A stretch of DNA of 64,000 bases, taken from NCBI GenBank assembly GCA_951804945.1, contig OX638160.1, forward strand, positions 21,080,001 to 21,144,000. The letters run 5' to 3'. Source of the stretch: Podarcis cretensis. Lineage: Eukaryota. This document shows positions 43,958 through 55,158 of the stretch, piece by piece; within the stretch, counting starts at the first letter, position 1, and every line of letters starts with the position of its first letter. The position numbers and the translations under genes are program-made. The notes beneath the pieces are model-generated. The model searched no databases. It was given only the letters and a program-made list of their open reading frames with translations, and had not been told where the DNA came from.

Positions 43958-44334
43958 GGACGCAGGTGGCGCTGTGGGTTAAAGCCTCAGCGCCTAGGGC
44001 TTGCCGATCGAAAGGTCGGCGGTTCGAATCCCTGCGGCGGGGTGCGCTCCCGCTGCTCGGTCCCAGCGCCTGCCAACCTAGCAGTTCGAAAGCACCTCCG
44101 GGTGCAAGTAGATAAATAGGGACCGCTTACCAGCGGGAAGGTAAACGGCGTTTCCGTGTGCGGCTCTGGCTCTGGCTCTGGCTCTGGCCAGAGCAGCGAT
44201 GTCACGCTGGCCACGTGACCCGGAAGTGTCTCCGGACAGCGCTGGCCCCTGGCCTCTTAAGTGAGATGGGCGCACAACCCCAGAGTCTGTCAAGACTGGC
44301 CCGTACGGGCAGGGGTACCTTTACCTTTACCTTT
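43958..44334 (+). mobile_element. Sauria SINE copy 4
   Basis: Full length, with internal (CTCTGG)4 and an (ACCTTT)n tail. Short direct repeat ATGGACG at 43956-43962 and 44336-44342. Confidence 0.93.
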
Positions 44335-46627
44335 CATGGACGGGGTGGTTAATCTCTGAAAGACCTGGTTAAGTGTATAACCAAAATAAAATAGTAATTT
44401 TGATATTAAATATAAACTGAATTATATACTTTTTAAAATTTTCACTAAGTGCGAGAGAAGAAATATTTAATCACTGTCAAATATATTTATCAATATCATG
44501 TGATTTAGTATGGTGTGCATTCAAGCAAGATGCAACCTATTTTATAATTTTGAGAATTAATTGTGCACAATTCAAATTTTTATGTGGCGCCCAAACACTG
44601 AAAGTAAAACTCATTTTGTCAAATTCTACACTGTAACTCCTTATAACACTATCTGTTTTGTCAGCAAGCCAAACACATCTTCACTCTTCTTTCAAACCTA
44701 GTATTCTTCCTGACATTTAGTGAGGAGTCTTCCTCTAATATTCTCTACTATTGCAAGGACAGCAGACTTTGACCTCACTTTTTATGACTATTTGCAGTCC
44801 TAAATTATATAAAGTCAGTGTCATCTTGTCTTGGGTCACTTGCTGCTGTGGTGACGGCATTAACACAGGCTTCATCTTTGCAGTTTGCTGTCTCATCAAA
44901 CCGAAGAGTGCATTTGATGAATTTCAGTATTTTTGCCTAAAAGTTATCCACTTTAAAAAATACATTAGCATTTTTTGTTTTTATACTTTCTCACGCAAAT
45001 CTTTTTACGTACAAATTTTGTTAAATATTTTCGGTATAGCTTGGAAATTCAATTTTATACCTTAAGATTTTCATATGTTCACGAAAATCTTAGTGATCCT
45101 GCTTATGATAGTTTGTCAATTGACGCTCATTTATAAAATGGAGCTGCTGTGCATTGTGATGCAGGCAAGTGACTGAACTGAATGACTCCTGCTTTCCCCC
45201 AAATATACTGGGTAGAGTTATGCATCTGTTGTGCATAGCAAATGGCAAACATTTAGAACCTTGTCGCAAAGCAGTTGCATGTTCAACTAATAATGAAACA
45301 GATCCTTGAGATCAATCATCAGTTGTGTTCCAATTTACTTTCAAGTAATTTGTGTTACTTCTTCAGCCCAGTTCTTTTGTCAGTTTCCTTTCTGTGCATC
45401 TTACAACCATATTTCTTTTGCATGCTTAATTTTTTCTTTATCCATTCTAACCAAACTTGCCTTTCCATCTTAGAAAAATATATAAGAAAGTGGAACCACA
45501 ATTATTATTATTTGTAGTGTGGCATGCTCCTGTTCAGTACACACATGTACACAGCCTTTTTTCCTCCACCCCCAGTCAGCCAAGATTTTGTTTCAGTCAC
45601 ATTTTAGTAATTTTTTATTGTATATTGTTTTAAAATCTACTGTTTATTTTATTTTACTCTTGTCAAGTTGCTTTGAGATTTTCAATAGAAAGTGACTGAA
45701 TATTCATTAACATAATATTGCTCATTGAGCATGCTCAGTCTTCAGTGTGCTGTTTTGTAGTTTCTTGGCTATTTCCTTCCATAATACCCCCCCAAATCTC
45801 CATTTTGTGCTGTTTTAGCTGTATAAGGGCTTGATATCTAAGAATTGAGATGGCTAACAGTATTTATAATTCATGCCAAATATAAGTAGGCTACGTTATG
45901 GAACTTAAATGTTGGATACATCAAAGTAGCAGGTACCCGCATCAGTAACTAATAATTATGCAACTTCATGGATTGTGCTCCATGCAGGAAGCTTTCCTGT
46001 TGATGTAGCCTCCAAAGGGGTCCAAGCATGCCAGTGGAAATCTTGTCTCTCCTTGTGAATGCGAGGGGCTTTCATGGTAATGATCTGGCCAAGTTTTGTG
46101 TTAACAGATCTCACACACTGCTCACTTCATAAATGCAACACCCTTAACAGTTCAGGTGGGAAAATTTATCCTCATTGAAAAAATAAATTCTGAAGGAGGC
46201 TTTTCTTCCCCAGTAAGCATTTGTCCTCCTCTTCATTTCTTTCTCAGCTAAGCAACTAAGCTCTTCCTGGGTTCAAAGAAGGTGGGCTATGACAAATTTA
46301 GCAGGAGCCTATAATTTAATTCTTTCTTAACAGCGCAATCCAAAGTGTTTGGATTTGGCAGATCTTGGGCTTTCTTGGCTGAGAAGATAATGGTATTGCT
46401 CTGTAAGAGCAACTCTCTCATAATACATTGTATCATTTGTAAAGAGCACATATATGAACTATTATTAGTCCTTTGCCTCTTAAGAACGCATTCAAGTAGG
46501 GGTGTCCTGCCCTTCCTTTGTGATTGTGACTTCCTTGTATTGTAAAGGGACAAGAATCTGAATAACTACATGCATGTGCCCTTTAAAACTGATATGCATG
46601 TGTGTTGTGCCCTGATATCTGTAACCA

Positions 46628-46675
46628 TAGTATGACATTTCATCAGTAAAGTAGTATGACATTTCATCAGTAAAG
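46628..46675. repeat. Perfect 24-bp tandem duplication
   Basis: TAGTATGACATTTCATCAGTAAAG x2. Confidence 0.95.
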
Positions 46676-46832
46676 TAATAATGATCAAGGAGCAATAAAA
46701 GTGGTACTAGCGGAAGTTGTGTCTTTGGTGGGAGGGGAGACTTTGATGGGCAAGCAGGCAGAGAAATGAGCCCAAAGAAAGTTTGTTCTACTGCATTGTA
46801 AGTTGTCTTTGGGATGTGTCTAATAAACTAGG

Positions 46833-46970
46833 GCAGGGGTGGGGAGCCTGTCGCCCCCATATGTCACTGAACTACAGCTCCCATTCTTCATGACCATTAG
46901 CCATGCTGGCTAGGGCTGATGGGAATCAGAGTCCAGCAACATCTGGAGAACCTCAGGTACCCTCATTCCG
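46833..46970. mobile_element. Short hairpin (hAT-like) MITE of a dispersed family
   Basis: Core ACTACAGCTCCCAT...GCTGGCTAGGGCTGATGGGA..AGTCCAGCAACATCTGGA. Related copies lie at about 23600-23740, 32720-32860, 49437-49672 and 61984-62080. Confidence 0.6.
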
Positions 46971-46978
46971 GGCTCAGA

Positions 46979-47171
46979 CAGAGCTTTCCAAACCGTGTGC
47001 CACGACACAGTGTGTAAGCTGCAGTGTGTAGGTGTGTCAAACAAACACTCCCTGTGCTCTTATAAGGGGTTAGTTTAACCTCTGGCTTGCTAGTAAAACT
47101 GAATTACTACGTCACAAAATGATGCATGTCTAAAAAGAGTGTCACCAATATGAAAAGTTTGGAAAGCTCTG
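46979..47171. mobile_element. hAT-superfamily MITE
   Basis: TIRs CAGAGCTTTCCAAAC / GTTTGGAAAGCTCTG. Degenerate 8-bp flanks GGCTCAGA / GGCTAGAG. Confidence 0.75.
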
Positions 47172-47617
47172 GGCTAGAGGAAGTCTCTGGATGAAAGCAA
47201 CAACCTGTAGACAACTTAACTTCGACTTAAGAGTGTAACCATTTCAAAATTACAATTGAAAACCCAGTGGCTCTTACTTATGATGCTAAGCAGAACATGA
47301 CTAGTTAATGTGTTGTTTTTTCATCCCAGGGCTGGTGCAAACCTTTCTGTCTCTTAAACAGTGTTAGGGGAATATAGCCTTTGCATACACACCAAAAAAC
47401 CTTACACATTTTGAAAGTGAGGTTCTGTCATTTCCTACTCCCATAAAAGAAATTGGGGTACAGGCTTTTGCAGCAAAATGTTGAACGTGCCGTGCATCAT
47501 ACTTCTGCAAAATATGCTCTTAACCTGTTCTTTATATTACTCAGCTCTGTTTTTCCCATTTTATTATGTGCTGAATATAATGTAAATTATGTCTGCTTGT
47601 CTTTTGGCTGTTCTAAG

Positions 47618-47638
47618 CTGAGGAAACAGTTGAGTGTG
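47618..47638 (+). CDS. MPP7: Candidate MPP7 alternative microexon A, 21 nt (S-EETVEC-)
   Basis: Pyrimidine-rich tract with TGC, ttctaAG acceptor and GTAGGT donor. Phase 1->1, matching the flanking exons. Confidence 0.65.
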
Positions 47639-47735
47639 GTAGGTGTTTTACCCCCCCCCCCTTTTATTCTTCCATTATGTCTTCAGTCCATGTAATCACT
47701 TTGCATCCTATTTTTCCCCCTTTTGCGCTTCTCAG

Positions 47736-47747
47736 AGGAAATTAAAG
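47736..47747 (+). CDS. MPP7: Candidate MPP7 alternative microexon B, 12 nt (E-EIK-)
   Basis: Long pyrimidine tract, ttttGCgcttctcAG acceptor (TGC close to the 3'ss) and AAG/GTACAT donor. Phase 1->1. Confidence 0.65.
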
Positions 47748-48444
47748 GTACATGTACAAGTTTCCCTGCTGGGCTGCAAGTGATGGCTTAAAAACTAAGT
47801 ATTCTAGGTCATCACTGACTTAGAGGCAATTAGAAAATAATCCATATAGATAGCAGTATATGTAGTCATAACAGCCAGTTGCTTTGTTGTTGCTGGAATT
47901 GTTGTTCCAGTCCTGAGAATCGTGGTAGCAGAAGACTGTGAACCTGTTGCTTTCTGCACGTAGTTCCTTCAGCACAGTACTGGCATGTGTGCATGAAGAT
48001 TCCTGTGGGGTAAGGCACAGGGATCCACATGTGTTATCCCATTGTCAGATGTGGTTTCTTCCTATGTATTTTTCCTTCTCACATAGCAGGAATTTTGGGG
48101 GCCCAACACAACAGATCTGCCTGTTTCTGCACATGGGTCAAGTATGCAGAACAGGAGTGAATGTGTGCTAAAACCTCTGAATGTTAGCAAAGTAACATAA
48201 CTGAACAAAGCAGATATGTTAACACAAGACATTTCCATGGAGCTAAAGATGATGTCAGTCCTATTGCATGGCTCTAATAGATTATCTTTCTTAAATTCAA
48301 ACTTTGACACTGAATAAAGTGGATCTTGTCCAGTCATTAGGGGTGCAGTTTTGGAACACAGCTTGACAGATGCTTTACTGCTGTGTCAATCTTTAGGGGA
48401 CTTTTCACTTGCAGCATACATTTAAACAGTTGTAGCTCATTGAT

Positions 48445-48605
48445 NNNNNNNNNNNNNNNNNNNNNNNNNNNNNNNNNNNNNNNNNNNNNNNNNNNNNNNN
48501 NNNNNNNNNNNNNNNNNNNNNNNNNNNNNNNNNNNNNNNNNNNNNNNNNNNNNNNNNNNNNNNNNNNNNNNNNNNNNNNNNNNNNNNNNNNNNNNNNNNN
48601 NNNNN
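48445..48605. other. Assembly gap (N run)
   Basis: Run of Ns lying between candidate exons B and C. Confidence 0.99.
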
Positions 48606-49078
48606 AGTATTTTGTTAGACATTTGGTATATTAAATAGGCACCAATACTATTTTATACCTAAGAAGTTATATTCATTAAAAATACCCTTTATGTCTGATC
48701 CATTGAGCCAAATAGAAAAACTCCAGATATTCTTTGTAGATTTCTTTACCTTTGTGTTTCAGCTGTTGAATTTTTTATCCTACATTAAAATATAAAGTAG
48801 AACATCTTTTAAAATCACTTCTTTATTTTCTGTCATGAATAAGGCAATAAAACAGTGAAAAGTTAAATATGCATGTTGCTGTACTCCAAAATCTCTTGCT
48901 CAACTTCAGAACAACACAGTGATTTATTTTTAAGCAGTAGCATATTGAAGGCTTTTTATGCTGTGCTTTCTGCAGTTGTCATTTTTAAGTAACTCTTCTT
49001 TTGCATTCATGGCTGGGCATCTAACTATTCTGCTTTATTTCTTGGCTTTTGTTCTGTACGCTTTTACACTTCATCCAG

Positions 49079-49120
49079 AGGAAGCTGAATGTGCTGGTCA
49101 CAACAGTGGAGCCCACATAG
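49079..49120 (+). CDS. MPP7: Candidate MPP7 alternative exon C, 42 nt (E-EAECAGHNSGAHI-A)
   Basis: CTAAC branch point at 49021, long pyrimidine tract, catccAG acceptor and TAG/GTGAGC donor. Phase 1->1 with an open frame. Confidence 0.75.
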   Translation, partial: RKLNVLVTTVEPT

Positions 49121-52100
49121 GTGAGCAGTTGCTTACAAAAGACTCTCTTTCTTTCTCAGCTTTTTCCTGGATGGCTACAGAGTTTGCAGGTAATGGGCAT
49201 CACTGCATGCAATGAATCTGCTAGATTAAAAAATGGCTCACTGGATTTGACACAAAGGATCTGCATCCTAACCGCAACATATGTTACTAACATTGAAATA
49301 TAGAATGCATTGAAATGCTACCTTGAATATGAGGAAATAATTTACTTGGGTAGAATTTGCAAATAAATTTAAATACTTGTCCTAGACAAAATGCTAGGCT
49401 GGCTATATTCCATCTGACTACATTATTTTTCTATCACAGTGTTCTTCAATCTTGGGTCCCAGATGATATTGAACTACAACTCCCATCAACCCTTATCATT
49501 GAATAAGCTGGTAGGAATGGTGAAAGTTGTAATCTCGTGACTTAGTGTAGGGATAGCCATTGTGGTACCTGACACATGTTGTGGGCTACAATTTTCATCA
49601 TCCCTGACCATTGGCCACTCTGACTTGAGTTGGTGGCTCCATAACATCTAGAGGGTACCACGTTGGCTATTGCTGACTTACAGGGAATTAAGTTAGTACT
49701 GTTGGATGGCTGGGGTTACTTTCTTGTCAATGAGCCAAGTAATGATACCACGGACTGGCTCATCTTTGCTCACCTATTCTTGAAGTGGTTTACTGGTAAT
49801 TCCTTAGAAGATGCTACATAAGAACCATTGTAAGTTGAACATACCATATCAGGTTTTCTTTATTCTTCAAGGAAGGGATGTGGGAAGAGGACACAAATTA
49901 TTGGTAAGAATTGGCCCATATTGGGGGATAAAATGGGGTAGAATAGGGAAGGAGGTTGAGATCATGGTGATGCAGGAACTACTCAGGGTAAATCAGCAGC
50001 ACAAGAGTAGGTGGAAACTAATTGAGGGCATGCTACATTATTAATATATCAATGTCACATGTTTTATTAAAGGGGAAGGTGGCACTGCAAATGGGTAGAC
50101 TGGTAGAGAGGTTTGTGTGTCACCATGCTTCCAGATAGATTTTAGAAGCTGTGCAGTAGCTGAATGATATTTTCTTCCCACTTACATTTATCTGTGCCTT
50201 GAAATAATCATCTGAAACGCTTCTCTGAGTACCCCTGCAAACTGAGGTGCAGAGAGAATAGTCATGAGCGAAAAGGCTTTCTGCTTGTGGAATGCCAGAG
50301 AGGCCCACCTGGCACACATTTTAATGCCTTTCTGGTGCCAGGCAAATAACTTTTCTTATTCATTTTCCCAGGCATTTTTAAATATTTCTAAATTGAAATA
50401 ATTAATTATTTAATCTTTGCATGCTGCTGTGATTTTAGCATGGTCATTTTAGTTCTGTGAAATTTATTTTGGGAGCTCTCTCTGTCTTACTGATTATTGA
50501 TGTGATTTCTAATCTTGTGGTCTCTATTTTATAGTTGTTTTATTCTCTTTAATGATTTCTTGTTTTGTTTAAATAGTTTTTGATCATTGACATCACTCAG
50601 GGAACTGCTGTTGGGAGACTGATAAAAAATAGCAGTACCACTGATGGCACTATTCAAATTAGCAACTTTAATGCCAGACCTTGCTAGTTGATCTCTTCAG
50701 TTGAAATATATGTTTTCTTTAACTTAGTAGAATTGAGTATGATGGATTATCAACCTTAACTCACACCTTTTGTCATACAGAATAAAATTGCATAACAATA
50801 AGTTTCAGATCAAGGAACTAGGTAGTTATCATAAGATTATTCCGAGTAGTTCATGGGATGTGTAGAGGTATGCCAGAATTCATTGGTAATGAGAGGGGGG
50901 GGGACTCCATCACTACTTTTGCCTTCCTCCTACATACCTCTACCAGCAGGGCTCTATGAGCCTCCATGTAGGTGATACTTACATACCCTGAGGTATCTGC
51001 AGTCAGCCTGTTCAGTTTGGTATCACTCTTGGCGCAGTATGTTCACTGATCTCCATTGTTCCAACCAGGATCTGAAGCAGGTTAGCAAGCATTAGTTTAG
51101 AAGGGAACCTTGTGAGTACCAATGCAGATGCACTCTAAGCTAAGGCTTGGAAGGAAACTTTTGCAGGAAAGTTGGAGGAAGAAGGGGAGACCATTGGGTC
51201 ACTCCCAGTTTCTTAACTGTGGATACAGGGTGGAAGTGTTATAGCTTCATTCGGTTTTCATGAAATGTTATTTCTGGGATTCATAATGTGAAACCACAGT
51301 GGTGTCAGACATACAGAATAAAAACTATTTAAAAGCCCTAGTCATATGTCAGGAATTGGGTGTACTGTTATAAGGTGGCCTCAGAAATGAACTTCCTACA
51401 GACTAGAGTTGTCCAGAAATAATTAACTATGTTTTTACTGTGCTAGTCAAGGATATGGTGCTGGTTTAGCAGAGAACTTGCTATTTGTCTATAATGTATG
51501 TCAAACTGTATTAAATTTGACACACAAAGCATGTATATCATCGTAGATTGTGGGCCTGTGGGCAGGGCTTTACCATTTATGTCTAAATGATACCTACTTT
51601 TGTGAGATGTTTGCTGTTGATACTTATTGGAAACAATGGCTTGTCTTTTTCTCTATATACATTGAAGACAAAGGGTTGTCTTCAATGTATATAGATAAAA
51701 AAGTGCATACAATTTTGAAAAACAGTGATTGGTATTAAATGGGCAGCAGTGAAGGACAGAAGTTGAACTAATTTTCATGTAGTTTAATGGTTCAAACCAT
51801 GTAGTTAAACTATTTTGTTGGTAGTAAACTGTTTGCATACTATTAAAAACAATAATTGGTTTCACCCTTTTGGAGAAAACTATTTAAATAGCTATTTACT
51901 AACATACTTAAAAACTCAATAAACTCAATATAAATACCGGTTTTAGACTCCAAGAAGAATGGTGTGAGCCATTACCAGAAGAGGGGGTGTTGCTCCCTTT
52001 TGTTTCTACAGCTAGTTGCTAGAAACATGTTCAGTGTGTAGCATTTCTAAAGTGGTTGATTGCACCTGGAATAGTCTAACACTTTAACCTGACCAGGAAG

Positions 52101-53088
52101 AGGGGATTAGCATTAGGGGGTGGGAAGTCCTGTTCAGTGTTTGCTAATTTGTTACAATCTAGTTTGACCATGAAATGGGATCGATGCAAAGGGTTCTGCA
52201 CCCAGGAGCTGGCTTAATTTTCAGTGCCCTTCACTGATGATCTGTGGAACAAAACAGAGGAAAGTTTTTGCTTTCCCTCAAGTATGTACTTCTAGAGGGG
52301 AGCCTAAACCTTTTGAGCAGCAGCTATTCTTTTGTAGAGTAAGGAGGGCATTCAGATACCCTCCAGGAGTGCCTCTCCCACCAGCAGGAAACAGGGTTAG
52401 CTTGCAAAGTTGACTCCTCTGTTGGAAGGAGCTATCAGGCTGCCATAAGCACCATGGAACCAGTGAAGGCCTTATTTGGTGCCCCCAGCTTTCATTTTTC
52501 AAAAGTACATGTCTCTACCCCTCCTAGGAAAAAAATATAATCAAAGTGTGCAGGTACCCTTCTAAGCACCAGTAATTTCTGTGAAATGATTAGCCAGTGA
52601 GTGAAGTGAGAGCTGTGATTGATAAGTGAGCTGTTTAGACACCAGGCAGTGGGAAAACTTGGGGCTCCAAATAGCTGTTGTCCCTCTTTAGTGCCCTTTT
52701 CCTGCTTCTGTCTTTTATCCTAGTCCTTGGATCCACCCAGTTGCTGCTCTGTTTCACTTTGCTTCCTGCCATCCATATAAAGCAGCTGCTTCAGAAACTG
52801 TTTGAAAATGTGGGAGATGAAATCTGGGGGTCCTTCCCATTGCTGCTTTGTTTGTTTTGCTGCCTATTGGAATGTAGAGTGGGTGGCTGCTTGATAGATG
52901 CCACAGTAGAATACTGGGGGGTGGGGGAAGGTTATGACAACCATTTGTTGTTTCTGCTGCATACCCTGCAATGGGGATTGTTCCAAAGTTGTTTGGGTGA
53001 GGGCAGTGCAGAGGCTTCATATTGATGGTGATAATAATTATCACATTTTTCCTGGTTCTTTTTTATGAGTGAGCAAGTGCATAAGTTT

Positions 53089-53124
<36 letters not shown>

Positions 53125-53148
53125 CACCACCACCACCACCACCACCAC
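53089..53148. repeat. Compound microsatellite (TAC)9(CAC)11
   Basis: Read directly. It explains the poly-Y/H/T/G/S ORFs in the track. Confidence 0.97.
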
Positions 53149-54987
53149 CTTTCTCCTGCTTGTTCTCAAGTGTTGTTGTTTTGCCAGGGGTGGGACATTT
53201 CCAAAGAATCATTCTCATCATCACCTTTTCCTCTTGTCTGTCACACATCAAGCATTGTTCCCAAGTTGTTTGGGAAAGGGAGTGCTCAGTGCAAAGGCAG
53301 AAACACTATTACTGTCATCTCTTCATACACCCCTTATTTCAACAGCTACTCTGATGAGTTTTTAAAATGACTTTCCTTTGCATTTTCCTTGCATTTCTAT
53401 TTGTTGTTGTTGTTTATTAAATTTGTATACCACCCTTCATCTGACAATCACAGCATTAAATTTTTCCCTATTCAGGTGTACTGCTGGCTGTAGTGATTCA
53501 GAATTATTCCTGCATTCAGTTATCTTTTAATTTCTAGCTCTGATCTACAGCAGCACGTCAGAAGTATTGTATTCTCTGGCAGATCAGCATGCTGGGATGC
53601 AGTTGTGATGGGAGTTCAGGGTGGGAGTGATAGAATTCTTAGATGTTTAACTGTGTAACTCATTCATTTAAGGGACAAGACATTCCTGTGGCTCTATTAA
53701 AAGCAGTCACTATTGACTCTGAGCACTACCATTTTGTCTCAATGCTGCTCCCATGGTGTTTATGAAGGTTCTGGTCATACCAATAGTGCACCAGAGGATG
53801 CAAAGTATTGAAACTTAAAGAAGTATCAAGTGGCTTGAATTAAAGGTGATCATACTGATACGTTGGGCTTTTCTAGGCAACATAAAAGGCAAGCAGATCT
53901 TGGTAAGGACAAGCAACAACTCAGTGAAGATCTGTCTCAGCAGGCAAGGAGGCATGAGATCTATTTCCCATCATAAGAAGCCTGTCCTGGATTGCTCAGA
54001 GTAGAACATCTGACTCAAGTGACAAACACGACTGTAGACTGGATGAGCTATGTCGTCTAATATATTGACTGTTTCTCCCCTTAATTATATTTTATCTTGT
54101 GCCCCATTTAATGATGTATGTGTTATCAGAACAAAGCATATTGGTGTTGCAATGATTAAAATTGATTTTTAATGTAATTCAAGACTGTGAAGCTACTAAT
54201 AGGCATAGCTGTCAACGTTTCCCTTTTTTAAAAGGGAAATTCCCTTATTCTGAATAGGATTCCTTGCAAGAAAAGGGAAAAGTTGACAGCTATGACTAAT
54301 AGGTTTTTAGAAACATTCATCGCTGTTGTTGACTTTCTTTGAACCAGTGTGGATGTCAAATATATGATCTCAGCTGGGAACGTATTTAGATAAAGAATGA
54401 GTGTCTTCTGTTGATTCTGCAAGCACTTATTAAAATATCAGTATCTGGGAGTTGTGGTAATTATCAGTATTTTGGGGGTAGGGATATCAGCAAATTTTGC
54501 AAGTCTGTATTACAAATGTGACATTTCCCCATATTTCTGTTCTCAGTGCTTAACAGAGATCTAGCCTGCTATACCAATATGATGTTGTTTTTTTAAAAAA
54601 TACATCATTCCTAATTTTCACCAGCAACCCATACACTTTGAAATTGGCACCTTTTGAATAAAAATATTTTGGTAATGTGATTAGGCCACAATCCTATCTA
54701 AAAACATAGGGGGACTTCAAAAGTAAACACAAAACAATGGAGATTAAAAAGACGTCAAATTTCACCCCATGTGGCTCCCATATGCCCTTGCATGAGCCTA
54801 ATCAAATATATATGGAAAACAATTTGGACTTTGAATTTGGTCCTTTCAAATATAAGGAAGAAAAACTACTAAGTAACAAAAGTAACAAATTCCCATATGA
54901 AGGAGTGTTTGTTACAGATGGGCTACTGGCTAGGCTGATGACAGTAACCCTTGCTTCTGCTTCTTTTTTTAAATCTCGTAACTACAG

Positions 54988-55158
54988 CTGGTTTCAGGAG
55001 GAGTTTCCGTCTCAGCAGAAAAGATAGAAAAACAAACAAGACTATGTATGAATGCAAGAAGAGTGATCAGTACGATACAGCAGATGTCCCAACTTACGAA
55101 GAAGTAGCAAAGTATAGACGACAGCCCAATGAGAAATACAGACTTGTTGTCTTGGTTG
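54988..55158 (+). CDS. MPP7: MPP7 coding exon 11 ([17 protein letters not shown]...[23 protein letters not shown])
   Basis: ctacAG / GTAAGT boundaries, 171 nt, phase 1->1. Covers the HOOK and the start of GUK. Confidence 0.97.

Noticed and set aside
44884-44907. 24-nt phase-compatible segment after ttcatctttgcAG
   Set aside because: The donor GTGCAT is poor and there is no supporting similarity.
46248-46281. AG...GT-bounded 34-nt segment in the HOOK intron
   Set aside because: Not a multiple of 3, weak GTGGGC donor, and no resemblance to paralog inserts.
46628-46675. 24-bp direct repeat as a CRISPR-like array or a TSD
   Set aside because: Only two adjacent units with no spacer in a vertebrate intron; it is a simple local duplication.
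53063-53370. ORFs with poly-Y/H, poly-T and poly-G/S tracts
   Set aside because: They are translations of the (TAC)n(CAC)n microsatellite, with no splice or homology support.
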